From the NCBI GenBank assembly GCA_964016885.1, contig OZ024741.1, positions 223,014,001 to 223,078,000 of the forward strand: 64,000 nt of DNA, written 5' to 3'. Below are positions 42,958-56,314 of this stretch, piece by piece. Every line of letters begins with the position of its first letter. Position 1 is the first letter of the stretch. A program made the position numbers and the translations under genes. The DNA is from Eledone cirrhosa. Its lineage: Eukaryota. Under the pieces are notes generated by a model. It saw only the letters and a program-made list of their open reading frames with translations, ran no database searches and was not told the DNA's origin.

Positions 42958-44160
42958 ACGATATTAAACAAATGGAAACTATATTTATAAAACCATATTT
43001 ATTTCATTATACATATTTCAGGGATACCATATTAAAAATATGGCATGCCTTCGTCAGATAAAATACAATATATAACCAGGTTTATCAATAATTTTGACGT
43101 ACCATAAATATAGCGACCATTAAGGTAGGAGGCTGGCTTGGTAGTGAAGTGTTTATAAATATTTAGTGTTAATCACAGTTACAAATAAAGACGGAGAAAA
43201 AGAAGAAATGTATGTAAAGAAAAACAGAGAGAAATAGAGAGAAATAGGGGAGTGAGAAAGAGGGAGGAGGTAAAAAAGAGAGTCAACCGAAGGCAACAGA
43301 TGAATAATAATAATTCATCATACAAATTGAGAGATTTAAGAGGGAGGGAGTACGGTAATTATTTAGTTATAGTGTTAAGCACAGTTAGAGAAGAGACAGA
43401 CTGAAAGAAAAAAAATGGAGATGAGGAGAAAACAGAGAGAGAGAAATAGAGAGGTGGGAGGAAAAGAAAGAGGGAGAAAAAATAATAATAATTATATAGG
43501 GGGAGGTGAAAATCAAGAGAGAAGTAAGAGAGAAACATGAGAGGCAAAGTCAAAACGACAGATACATAAACTTCATCATATATAAAGAGAGAGGGGAAGA
43601 AAGAGCTATATCTAGAGAGGGGGATGATAGAGTTACATCTTTACGTCATGTCCTATCAATTTGAATTATCAATTCATATGAACTGGGTAATATAATGTAA
43701 ATATCAATGAGACATAGATATATAATGTGTGAAAATAATTTTGCTCAATAATGACCATATGTTTAGTTTAAAACTCTGAGGTCAATGTACCAAAAACTGA
43801 GATAAATCTTCAAAAAATTACCCTATTTATAAAAATACGGAGATATATAAGTATATACATACACATGCATATGCACTTTCTGAAAAAAGAAAAGAAAAAG
43901 AGAAAGAGAAAGTCATATCAAGCTCTAGTTGATAAAATAGACATACACATGACTTTACGTGATCAACTCTTTAATTTCTTGTTTCACAAAAAAAATTTTT
44001 CTTGTGTTATAAAAGATTTCACTATATATATATACATAAAAAATAAACGATTAGTATTCATGCCCTCACACATATGATCATCGTATGTATAATGAAATGT
44101 ATGTATAATGAAATAAATATGGTTTTATAAATATAGTTTCCATTTGTTTAATATCGTATA
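42958..44160 (-). mobile_element. Degraded PLE 3' part with HHR (43000-43065) and inverted terminus at 44100-44160
   Basis: UAUUUUAU-CUGACGA-[..GCCAUAUU..AAUAUGGU..]-GAAA-UAUGUA-UA-AUGAAAUA; ~60-bp inverted terminal copy; related to 63240-63630. Confidence 0.75.
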
Positions 44161-44272
44161 TCTACTCCAAAAACTTGTCGAGTGCTTTATATCAGTTATA
44201 AAATATTTACTTGTTGTAACCCAACAATTTTAAATAAAACTTTTGCATATATATATATATATATATACACAC

Positions 44273-44341
<69 letters not shown>

Positions 44342-44365
44342 AATATATATATATATATATATATA

Positions 44366-44504
44366 CATTATTTCTGAAGACAGCATATATATGTGAAGGT
44401 ATGTATATTCTCTCTGATAGTTTGTATAATTTTGTACATAGATCTTTTGAATATGCATACCAATTCTAACACATATATGTCCTAGAAACGATCGTAAAAT
44501 AATG
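44366..44504 (+). ncRNA. Hammerhead ribozyme with ~104-nt extended stem II
   Basis: CAUUAUUU-CUGAAGA-[104 nt long hairpin]-GAAA-CGAUCG-UA-AAAUAAUG; homolog at 52785-52920 (-). Confidence 0.8.
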
Positions 44505-44562
44505 AACTTTTTTTGTTTAATATAAGGAACTGTTTCTTTGTTTATTCATTATTTTTTTAATA

Positions 44563-44625
<63 letters not shown>

Positions 44626-44774
44626 AATATATATATATATATATACATAAATATATATATATATATACTCAAGGGCGGTGCCCCAGCATGGCCTCAGCCG
44701 GATGGCTGAAACAGGTAAAAGAGTATACTTAAATATATATATATATATATACATAAATATATATATATATAAAC

Positions 44775-44816
<42 letters not shown>

Positions 44817-44860
44817 TTAAATATATATATATACATAAATATATATATATATAAACATAA

Positions 44861-44897
<37 letters not shown>

Positions 44898-44930
44898 AAT
44901 ATATAAATATATATATATATATTCATAAAT

Positions 44931-44992
<62 letters not shown>

Positions 44993-44999
44993 GCGATAT

Positions 45000-46745
45000 A
45001 TGCGGTGGGGGCCAGTATAAAACTAACCCTTAAGGAACATATGTTCAAATTTAATGGAAAAACATATGCCCAAGAAGAGGGAGCAGCCATTGGCGTTAGC
45101 ATTGCAGGCGACATAGCTAACTTATTTATGGTATGGTGGGACAATAAACTTAAGAAACAATTAGAAGACAACAATCTCTTAACCCTGATAATGTACTCCC
45201 GCTACGTTGATTATATAAACATCGTAGTAAAAACACCCCCACTAGAGAACAGTCAGAGATTAGAGAAAAACACCATGGAAAGCATCCAGCAAATAGCTAA
45301 CTCCATCCACCAGAGTATCAAAGTTACTATAGACTACCCAAACAAACACTCCAACCATCGATTACCTGTACTAGACGCAGAGCTCTGGTTAGAAACCATT
45401 AATAACAAAAAACAAATCCTCCATTCCCATTATGCCAAACCCATGACTTCCAAATACCTGATCCACCGAAACTCAGCTGTTTCGGATCACACCAAAATCA
45501 ACATACTGATTGCGGATTTAATAAGGGTGATGAGGAACGTGTCCTGCATGTGCAACTCCAAAGAACTAGAGAGACACATACAACACTTCATCCACCGCAG
45601 TTCTCTGGTTACAATCAGAGAGATAAAATCAGAGTGTATAGAGGAACCAGAACCAAATGGGAAAAAGTGGTAAAGAATGATACAAATGGGACCTGCCCCT
45701 TGTATAGGAGCACATTTTGGAATAGAATAGAAAGAACTAGGAATAAGGTTAATAAAATAAACTCATGGTATGATAGCAATAAATACCATAGTGTAATGTT
45801 CATCAATACAACCCCTAGAGGTGAACTAGCTTACAAATTTAGAAGGGCCCTAGATAAACTTAAACTAAATATTAAGATAGTGGAAAGACCAGGTACCTCC
45901 ATAAAAACAGTAATTAGTAATACATACCCTTTTCAAAGACCTCTTTGTATAGATAGGAAATGCATAATCTGTAAGCTAAGCCCCCATATTAACTGTAAAA
46001 GTAGAAACATAGTATATAGCATAAGATGTGCTGAGGGACAATGTAAAAATAAGAATATAATGTACATAGGTGAGACAGCTCGTAGCATAGAAGAACGATT
46101 AAATAAACACTGGTGAGAACTCCAAGATAGAAAAGACTCATCAATACTCCACCAACATGCTAAAATAGAACATAAGAGCAAATTAGAGACCATAGAGATA
46201 AAAATAGAATCTACACACAGAAAAGACGCAATGTTTAGACAAATCACAGAGGCAATAAATATAAATGAACTCCAACCAAAATTAAATAGAAAAAATGAAT
46301 GGAATAGCAACATCACAACTTATAATTAAGGACAAAATGAAAACATACACACATAGAACAAACAACTAACTGGTAACATGTAAATAAACAAATAAAAACA
46401 CACACAGACACCCGGATGTAACACATGCGCAAACTAAGCACACAACACACACAAAAACAAGATGGCGTAGGACAGAACAAAGGAGAGGCACAAAAACAAA
46501 GAAAAGAATCCCCAGTCACTGAAGAGGTCACAGAATGTGTGACGAAAGAACTTTGACAATATATGAACAATCATCCGGTTGTGGAACCAACCAACCAACC
46601 AACCGGAAATGTATAATAAATTGAAGTGAAAGGAACTGGTGCGTGTGTTTCTTATTGGAAAACATGACCCTCCCAAAATATAACAATATCGGTTTCAACA
46701 CACGTTTTCAGATAAAGAATCTTCCTAAACAAATTCAAAAACGAC
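45000..46745 (+). mobile_element. 5'-truncated Penelope-like element (RT thumb plus GIY-YIG, frameshifted); HHR at 46515-46557
   Basis: QEEGAAIG, SRYVD, LPVLD, CIDRKCIIC, IVYSIRC..YIGETARS; GUCA-CUGAAGA-G-GUCAC..GUGAC-GAAA-GAAC-UU-UGAC. Confidence 0.92.
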
Positions 46746-46795
46746 ATATATATATAATTATATATATAAAATTATGTATATATATATATATATAC

Positions 46796-46862
<67 letters not shown>

Positions 46863-46876
46863 ATTTTATATATATA

Positions 46877-49040
46877 TTGTTATACTTTGGGAGGGTCATG
46901 TTGCCAATAAGAAACACACGCACCAGTTGCTTTCACTTCAATTTATTATAATAAATTTATAATAAATTTATAAATTTCTGGTTGGTTGGTTGGTTCCACA
47001 ACCAGATAGTTGTTTATATATTGTCATAGTTCTTTCGTCACACACTCTGTGACCTCTTCAATGACTGGGGATTCCTTTCTTTGTTTCTGTGCCTCTCCTT
47101 TGTTCTGTCCTACGCCATTTTGTTTCTGTGTGTGTGTTGTGTGCTCAGTCTGCGCATGCGTCACATCCGGGTGTCTGTGTGTGTTTATGTTCATTTATTT
47201 GTTTATTTACATGTTACTGGTTGGTTGTTTGTTCTATGTGTGTGTGTGTTTTCATTTTGTCCTTAATTGTAAGTTGTGATGTTGCTGTTCCACTCATATT
47301 TTCTATTTAATTTTGGTTGTAATTCTTTTATGTTTATTGCCTCTGTAATTTGTCTAAACATTGCGTCTTTTCTGTGTGTAGATTCTATTTTTATTTCTAT
47401 GTTCTCTAATTTACCCTTGTGTTCTATTTTAGCATGTTGGTAGAGTACAGATGATTCTTTACTATCTTGAAGGTCTCGCCAGTGTTCATTTATCCGTTCT
47501 CCTACGCTACGAACTGTCTCACCTATGTACACTATATTTTTGTCTCTACATTGTCCTTCAGTACATCTTATGCTATACACTACATTTCTAGTTTTGCAGT
47601 TAATATGGGGGCTTATTTTACAGGTTATACATTTCTTATCGATACATGAGGGTCTTTGAAAAGGGTATGTCTTGCTAATAAGTGTTTTTATGGAGGTACC
47701 TGGTCTTTCTACTATCTTAATATTGAGTTTATGTTTGTTTAGGGCCCTTCTAAATGTGTAAGCTAATTCCCCTCTTGGGGGTTGTATCGATGAACATTAC
47801 ACTCTGGTATTTATTGCTATCATACCATGAGTTTATACTATTAGCCTTGTTCCTAGTTCTTTCTATTCTATTCCAAAATTTGCTCCTATACAAGGGGCAG
47901 GTCCCATTTATGTCATTATTTACCATTTTTTCCCATTTGGTTCTGGCTCCTCTATACACTCTGATTTTATCTCTCTGATTGTAGCCAGAGAACTGCATAC
48001 GGTGGATGAAGTGTTGTATGTGTCTCTCTAGTTCTTCGGGGTTGCACATGCGGGACACGTTTCTCATCACCCGTACCAAATCCGCAATCAGTATGTTGAT
48101 TTTGGTATGGTCCGAAACGGCCGAGTTTCGGTGGATCAGATGTTTGGAAGTCATGGGTTTGGCATAATGGGAATGGAGGATTTGTTTTTTGTTGTTAATG
48201 GTATCTAACCAGAGCTCTGTGTCTAGTACAGGTAATCGATGGTTGGGGTGTTTACTTGGGTAGTCTATAGTAACTCTAATGCTCTGGTGGATGGAGTTTG
48301 CTATTTGCTGGATGCTTTCCATTGTGTTTTTCTCTAGTTCCTGACTGTTCTCTAGAGGGGGTGTCTTAACTACGATGTTTATATCATCAACGTAGCGGGA
48401 GTACATTATCAGGGTTAAGGGGGCTTCTAATTGTTCTTTAAGTTTAAGTTTAAGTCTACTGTCCCACCATACCATGAATAAGTTAGCTATGTCGCCTGCA
48501 ATGCTAACACCAATGGCTGCTCCTTCCTCTTGGGCATATGTTTTTCCATTAAATTTGAACATATGTTCCTTAAGGGTTAGTTTTATGCTGGCCCCTACCG
48601 CATGTGCAATCATTTTCTTCAGTTCATCGTGGTTTTCGGGTGTCCGTATGGCTCTGGTCCACCCGTTCCATCTATCTGCGTGGGTTTTCTTGGCCATTGA
48701 GGTAATGGTAGGTGGTCTGCCTCTTGCTCGTCTAGTAGGGCACAGGTTGCTAAGGTCATATGTGTCTAGGTAATTATTAGTATGGGTAAGTTTAAGTAGG
48801 AGTCCCAGCTCACTGGTATCAATCCCACGGAACTCGACATTGCTCTCACTGATCATTTCTACGCATTTCTCCACAGCAAAATCCACGTCAATAGATGGAT
48901 ACAGGGACACAACATCCATACCACCTATTATGCAGTTTGTTAGGTCCCTAGATCGGTTACTCACGCCGATTCTGCTGAGGAGGTCCTCCGTGCTGTCACA
49001 TACATCTGGGGACATTTCAATGATGGGGCGTATGATCAGG
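46877..49040 (-). mobile_element. Penelope-like element, RT core plus GIY-YIG, apparently one frameshift; HHR variant at 47023-47065
   Basis: 421-aa ORF with MDVVSLYPSID, GAAIG, YSRYVDD; EN ORF 47263-47580; tail-to-tail with the 45000-46745 copy. Confidence 0.93.
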
Positions 49041-49211
49041 GAGAGGAAGTAGGACAGTCTGTAGTTACTAGCAATGTTAGCTCCACAGACTGGCCGTGTT
49101 GGTGGTCCCGTGACAGAGTCACTGCCCGTTTATATATATAATTATATATATATGTCGTTTTATATATATATAAAGATCCGAAGGCATGGTATAAATTTCC
49201 AATCATTTTAA

Positions 49212-49285
49212 TCACGACACATGTTTCAATAAGAGAGAGATCGATCGTGTGGTCATGATCAATTATCACTGAACTCATCAGGTGA
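49212..49285 (-). ncRNA. Hammerhead ribozyme with 47-nt stem II
   Basis: Minus strand: UCAC-CUGAUGA-[47 nt]-GAAA-CAUGUG-UC-GUGA; GUC cleavage triplet. Confidence 0.7.
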
Positions 49286-50592
49286 ATAATGAAATGTCTT
49301 CAAATCTTTGAAATGAGGGAGGAAAAACTAACGATGTTCACTCACTAGAGTTCTGTTCCCCATATGAAGATTCAGCAGCCAAAACACGCCAACTGCTATC
49401 ATCTTCAGTCAGGCTCATAAATCTATCAAGTCTCTATCACTCAATAACTGTAAAAGACGATGGACAGGTCTAATCTCAGCATCAGATCTGTGGAATTTCG
49501 GTCATAATTAGTGTGAGTGAGTACACACTCACTCACACACACTGACGCGAGGTCAGAGAAAAAATATATATACCAACACAGTATGCACCGAAAGTTAGGT
49601 TACAATATAACAAATGTTATATTGGTCAAATCTCAATTTTAACGATGTAAATTAGAAACATTGAGTCAACCACAATCTTAAACACACGCAAGTAAATTCC
49701 GTACAACGTTCTGCTATACGTGTATCGATTGAATTGTAACATCCGTATCGTCTAAATAGTGTATGTTTTGGTATATACACATCCATGTGTAGAGCAAGTA
49801 GTCAGCTCGTATCGAACTCTGTATGTGCTGTTGTCCCATTGAGAATCTGAGTCCTTGAGTCTGTGCGTGCAAGCACCCGCCATGTAGGCCACCAAGGGGC
49901 TCCATGCAGGGTTGGGTATTTGAGTTAAGGTGTCAGTGTGTGCGTTTTCCCGTCATATGGGCCCTCGGGCTTTTAAGATAAGTGTTTGGGTGGTGGAGGT
50001 GTGTTACCCAACACAAAATAAAATAAAATAACAAAACACCGAGGATGTGTGTAAGTAGTATTGTCCATTCAGCAACTGTGAGCACTCCATGGTTAGAGGA
50101 TCACAGACCAAAAACCCAGTGTAGTATTCAATTGATAAGATCGTGACTAGTCATAACTGTGGGAACTCCGTGTCTAAAGAAACCGGGTACTGTGTGTAGA
50201 GTCATGTATAAAGAGCGTAATCGTTCTTAACTGAGTGTGTAATACGTCTAACTATTTACTAACTGAGAGAACTCTATGGTTAGGGTATTCTAAAGTAATG
50301 GTGAGTGCGCGTAATCCGTCTTAACTGAGTGTGTAATTGTTCTAACTATTTACTAACTAGGTATTCTAAAGTAATGGTAAATGTTGTGAGAACTCTGTGG
50401 AAACACACCGAGTACCGTGTGTAAGTGCGCAAACGATCTTAGCTGTCTACTACCTGAGTGTATGATTGTCTATTTTTTGTTAATTGAGAGAACTCTATGG
50501 TTAAGGTAAAAAGGGTGGAGTTAGTGGTAGGTTACTTTCTAAAAATCCTGAGGAAAGTTTTCGAGGTTCTATGCTGGCAGGTGTTGAAAAAG

Positions 50593-50753
50593 ACCAGCAA
50601 TTATCCAGTGCATTACTGGTACTTTATTTTATCGACCCCGTAAGGATGAAAGGCAAAGTTAACCTCGGTGGGATTTGAACTCAGAATGGCAAGGGCCGTA
50701 ACTCTATGCGTCAAAGCATGGTGTCCGACCCTCTACTGATACTGCCAATCCAC
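50593..50753 (-). mobile_element. tRNA-SINE family 2
   Basis: Matches 23596-23780. Confidence 0.8.
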
Positions 50754-50770
50754 CTGAGACGGAATTATTG

Positions 50771-50891
50771 CACCATAATTGTGTATTGCATGATATATAT
50801 TTCTGTAACATGGTTATTCATGTGATTTCTGACGAAGTCCATGAATAACCATGTAACAGAAATATATATCATGCAATACACAATTATGGTG
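50771..50891. repeat. Palindrome (52-bp arms) with CTGACGA in the spacer
   Basis: caccataattgtgtattgcatg... / ...catgcaatacacaattatggtg. Confidence 0.9.
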
Positions 50892-50929
50892 AAATACGTT
50901 AATAAATAAATTAACTACCATTATTTAAA

Positions 50930-51110
50930 GGTGGATTGGCAGTATCGGTAGAGGGTCGGACGTCATGCTTTCCAGCATAGTTACGTCCCTTTACGATCTG
51001 AGTTCAAATCCCGCCGAGGTTGACTTTGCCTTTCATCCTTACGGGGTCGATAAAATAAAGTACCAGTAATGCACTGGGTAATTGCTGGCCTTGTGCCTAA
51101 AGTAGAAACA
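50930..51110 (+). mobile_element. tRNA-SINE family 2 with TSD attatttaaa
   Basis: A-box-like TGGCAGTATCGG, B box GAGTTCAAATCC; flanking direct repeat. Confidence 0.8.
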
Positions 51111-51155
51111 ATTATTTAAAATAAAGAACGCATTATTTAAGACACACACGCACTC

Positions 51156-51186
<31 letters not shown>

Positions 51187-51224
51187 ATATTAATAAATGG
51201 AAACTATATTTACAAAACCATAAT

Positions 51225-51289
51225 TATTTTATTATATATATTTCAAGGGCAACCAATGCAGTTTTTGTGCGCTTTCATCAGATAAAATA
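51225..51289 (-). ncRNA. Type I hammerhead ribozyme
   Basis: UAUUUUAU-CUGAUGA-[stem II]-GAAA-UAUAUA-UA-AUAAAAUA; same terminus family as 43000 and 63282. Confidence 0.75.
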
Positions 51290-51479
51290 CAAAATTAGTT
51301 TTATAAAGGAGATGTGCAGTGTATTTACCAAGCGGCTAACGTGGTTGGTAATGGTCGTCATTGGTAACTAGGGGTGAGATTGTTACTGACTGATTTTGGT
51401 GTTTGAATACGAAAGTGTTTTAATGAGTTTATATGTACTTAAAGCATGTAGGATAGGCATTTTAAGGCATGAACTATGA

Positions 51480-51577
51480 AAACAACGGTTGTCTTTGTGG
51501 TCTCTCTATATCAAGGATTTTCATTTATCGCGGTTGGTTCTGAAACGTATCGCCCGCGATAAACGGGGGATTACTGT
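51480..51577 (+). mobile_element. pogo/Tigger-like DNA transposon end
   Basis: ..cgcgataaacgggggattactg|ta resembles a CAGTAATCCCCCG terminal inverted repeat plus TA target. Confidence 0.5.
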
Positions 51578-52156
51578 ATATATGTGTGTGTGTGTGTGTA
51601 AAATGGCAATAAGAATTGCAGGTTTTGTAAATTTTATTACAAATTACAATTTGTTTCCATTATCAATCAGTTCGGGTTTGATCACGTGATCGGATCTCGT
51701 CTCTTAATCGACACTTGGAGTTTAAAATACACAGTCGATTGAAAATTTGAAAATAGAAATAGCTTTCGCCGTCTCTGGATTACTGAAAATAGTCTAATAA
51801 CAGGGCATATAAGTCCCCATAACGGTAAAAATGGGCAGCATCACGCGTGAGAATCGAACCCACACATCTTATTGTCCAGATACGTGTGCTAGACCAATAT
51901 ATATGTGTGTATATATACACACAATGTAAATACTCTTTGACTATTATTTACATTGTATTTGGGGTCTGTATTATACTTGATATATTACATCGAGCTGTAT
52001 TCATACTCAACAGGGTAATATTTAATATTACTCACCATATATATATATATATATGAAGTTATATCTGTATAAATACAGTGTGTAACTGAAACTGTCTAAA
52101 CATTTAAACATATCTCATTTGGAGGTATGTAAACATACCAGTAAATTGAAAAAATG

Positions 52157-52213
52157 ATACACATCATTAATTGATTTTCGGGTCTTATTGGATCTTCATC
52201 AGAAGATGTGTAT
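52157..52213 (-). ncRNA. Degenerate hammerhead ribozyme
   Basis: AUACACAUCUU-CUGAUGA-[weak stem II]-GAAA-AUCAAU-UA-AUGAUGUGUAU. Confidence 0.6.
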
Positions 52214-52340
52214 ATCATCAAATTAACCACAAAGAAACATGTATTTGATGGGTAACCCTAACTCTAACCCATTCGCTCGTTGTATTATTCTGAAGTGGAT
52301 ATACTAATGTGCATATAATTAGCGCTCGGTAATTAATAAC

Positions 52341-52503
52341 TGTTTCTACTTTAGGCACAAGGCCAGCAATTACCCAGTGCATTACTGGTACTTTATTTTA
52401 TCGACCCCGTAAGGATGAAAGGCAAAGTCAACCTCGACGGGATTTGAACTCAGATCGTAAAGGGACGTAACTATGCTGGAAAGCATGGCGTCCGACCCTC
52501 CAC
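52341..52503 (-). mobile_element. tRNA-SINE family 2 with 18-bp TSD
   Basis: cgctcggtaattaataac on both sides. Confidence 0.85.
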
Positions 52504-52675
52504 CGCTCGGTAATTAATAACGATAGTGAAAAGTGCACTAACAGCCGAAATTTATGATAACGTTATATCTATACAAATACAGTGTGTAACCGAGACTGCA
52601 CCAACGTGTATAAATATATACTCATGTCTAATTTGGAGTGATGTACACATACACACACACACACATACACACACA

Positions 52676-52729
<54 letters not shown>

Positions 52730-52784
52730 AATTAATAAAAATAATGAATAAAAACAAAAAAACAGTTCCTTATATTAAAAAATT

Positions 52785-52920
52785 CATCATTTTACGATCG
52801 TTTCTAGGATATATATGTGTGTGTTGGTATGTATATCATGTAGATCTATGTAAAAATTTTACAAACTATCTGAGGGAATATACATACCTACACATATATA
52901 TGCTGTCTTCAGAAATAATA
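52785..52920 (-). ncRNA. Hammerhead ribozyme with ~101-nt extended stem II (second copy)
   Basis: Inverted homolog of 44366-44504 with intact CUGAAGA/GAAA and ACGAUCGU stem III. Confidence 0.8.
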
Positions 52921-52934
52921 GGTATGTATTTATC

Positions 52935-52977
<43 letters not shown>

Positions 52978-52978
<1 letters not shown>

Positions 52979-53115
52979 TACGTTATTCCGGGTTGAATCG
53001 GAAGTAACCACAGTAAGTAAGGTACTCAATACATAGCAGAGTATAAAAGTTTTAATATAGATGAGATTCTACAGGACTAGAACTGTTTCATTCTTTAGAA
53101 ATCATCAGGAATCTG
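52978..53115 (-). mobile_element. PLE-type terminus with HHR (53064-53114), non-inverted relative of the 35-41 kb modules
   Basis: Same HHR and terminal sequence, collinear on the minus strand with a ~20-nt linker. Confidence 0.75.
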
Positions 53116-53164
53116 GCTTTCCAAATAAATGTTGTGGTATTTATATCTCTTTGCAGGTGTTAGG

Positions 53165-54154
53165 ATTCACAAAAGAGATGAGTAGGACCAAATTACCATT
53201 CCTAGATATAATGATAATCAAAAACGACACCACCATTACCACGGATATATATTATAAACACACAGACACCCATCAATATCTGAATTTTAAGTCGTGCCAT
53301 CCACCTCATACAAAACGCAACATCCCATACTGCCTAGCCAGAAGAATTTGTACCATTGTAGAAGATACGAATACCAGGTACAAACGCCCAACAGAACTAA
53401 GAGAATTTTTGCTCAAACAAAAATACTCATCTCTACTTATAGAAAATGGCATACAGCGGGCTATAAAAATACCTATACAACAACTTAGGACAGCCCATGG
53501 AAGAAGAAACCAAGAACTGGTCATACCATTTATAATGACACACAACCCATGTCACCAGAATATCTTCAACACTGCCAAAGCAAACCTACCGATCATTGCT
53601 CAAAGTAATGAATTAAAAGGCTTAATCACAGATCGATCTTTGACTCTTAGTAAAAGACAGCCAAAAAATTTGAAGCAATTACTAACAAAAGCAAAGTTTG
53701 ACCTTAACAACAAAGACCAATCATTCACTGTATCTAAATGCAATGATAGTCGATGCGGCACATGTCAATCCATACACGCCGGTCAATATATGAAAACAAA
53801 AACTGGAAAAATATTCCCAAATGCAAATATGAACTGCAAAAGCAGAAATCTAATTTACTGCATTAAATGCCCGAATTGTGAAGAACTATATGTCGGTCAA
53901 ACTGGAAATGCACTATCGGAACGTGCACGGGTACACCGTCAGCAAATCAGAGACCCAAATGTCCGTCAGATACCCCTAAGTAACCATCTAGCAACATGTG
54001 GTCAGGGAATATTTATAATATTCCCATTCTACAAATTACACAGCCCAAGTGAAATCAAGAGAAAAATCAAAGAAAAGAATTTTATTGATAAATTCCAACC
54101 CAAGCTAAATGAACAATAATAACGCTTAGGTGTATTACTTCTACTACGACCACT

Positions 54155-54202
<48 letters not shown>

Positions 54203-54685
54203 AATAATAAAAGTGATGTTGATGGTGATGATTACTAGAAAATGCTATTTTCATCATTTCTAAAAATAGCAAAACAATTGATGCTTTGGATAATCAATTA
54301 TTGGTCGTTAGACATGCTCAACCAACCGTGACGCTTAAACCAATCAGCTTTAGTAATTCAGTGAAACTACACAGCGATTGGTCGAAATACAGTTTGCAAG
54401 ATTTAGCATTCTGGAGCCACTTTTCACTGTATATAAGGTACAAAATTTACACATCTCATTACATTTGAAAATTGCAAACTTCACTGTCACCACACATTAT
54501 GAACCTGAAGATTGCGAAAGCATGAAAGTACTTGTTCAATTAACACATAACATTTAATATTCTATCATACTATTTCATTATGATACCATTATAAATTTTA
54601 AAGGATTGTAAATAAAACGAGTAAATCAGACAAAGTTGGAATTCCTCTTATTAATATAATCTTCTATACACAATCATACACACCC
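53165..54685 (+). mobile_element. 5'-truncated PLE, probably Neptune clade (open RT thumb plus GIY-YIG ORF to 54119); HHR at 54500-54538
   Basis: LPFLD, YYKHTD, SCHP, CNDSRCGTC linker, NLIYCIKCPNC..YVGQTG; UGAAC-CUGAAGA-U-UGC gaaa GCA-U-GAAA-GUAC-UU-GUUCA. Confidence 0.9.
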
Positions 54686-54704
54686 GTGTATATTTATCTA
54701 TCTA

Positions 54705-54768
<64 letters not shown>

Positions 54769-55365
54769 CATATACACATATATACACAAACATACACATA
54801 CACACACATATATATACATATATACTCATACATATATATACATATACATATATACACATATACATATATATATATTTAAAAATACATATATACACATACA
54901 TATACATACATACATATATATACACATACAAATACATATATACATACACACACATATATATACATATATATATATATACAAACACACATACACACACACA
55001 CACACATATATATAAATATATACACATATATATACACCTATATACATACATACACACATATACACACATACATATACACACACACATATACACACATATA
55101 CATATATACACATATATATATACACACACACATACACACATATACATATATACACATATATACATACACACACACACACATACATATATACACATATATA
55201 CATACACACACACATATATATACACATATATACATACACACACACACACACACATATATATACACATACACACACACACACACATATATATACACATATA
55301 TACATACACACACACACACATATATATACACATATATACATACACACACACACACATATATACAT

Positions 55366-55414
<49 letters not shown>

Positions 55415-56267
55415 TGGTGGCTGCCAACTCGTTTTCGAGTGCGGCCACTACTTTATATCCATGTAGGAGAACTCCTACCGATGCGCTGAACGAGTGTGAC
55501 TTTTTAGTCCAGCCAGCGACTTGAAAACTCTGGTACAAACACTACACTTGTGACAATTATTGACACATAGTGCTGGACCCATGGTACCATGTAACGACAA
55601 GTGCAGAGAGATCTCCAGATATAAGGCAATGCCTGTGCCGTGAAGCTTTTATAGTGAGCAAAGGCACTGCACAAAGCCAGTCCCACTCTCTTAACCAAGA
55701 TGATATTTACCAAAAAGAAGAACAAGTCAACATCATTGGATGCCATCAGAGTTGCCTGTGTTATATCAGAGTTTTCCTTCTCCTAGCCTTGACAAAGGCT
55801 AAGGGGTCATCTCTCCCGGTGATTTTGGATGGCCATTGACTCTTAAGAGCTCCTTTGCCCTTTGACAGGTTTTGTTTTTAGTCCTGCAGGGTGTCCAAAG
55901 TCACCCTCCTCACCAAGAAACCTTGGTGGGGTAGCCAGTTTAGTCGCCAACGACCCGACTATGAGACAAGTTGTACTGGGATACATGTTACCAGTAGAAC
56001 CAACTATATATAGATACATATACATACATACATATGTATATATATACATATATATATATGTATATATACACACATACACATATACATACATACACAAATA
56101 TATATATATACACACGCATATATATATATATATACACATACACACACATATACATATATATATATACACATACACACACATATACACACACACATACACA
56201 CACATACACACACACACACATATACACACATATATATATATATATATATACACATACATATATATAT

Positions 56268-56314
<47 letters not shown>

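Noticed and set aside
53061-53164. N-terminal part of the 352-aa ORF
   Set aside because: Chance read-through across an antisense HHR terminus; PLE homology starts only near KLPFLD
55860-56005. Structured sequence resembling a LINE 5' end; considered as an HDV-like or twister ribozyme
   Set aside because: Two hairpins are visible, but I could not fit the nested pseudoknot or catalytic residues
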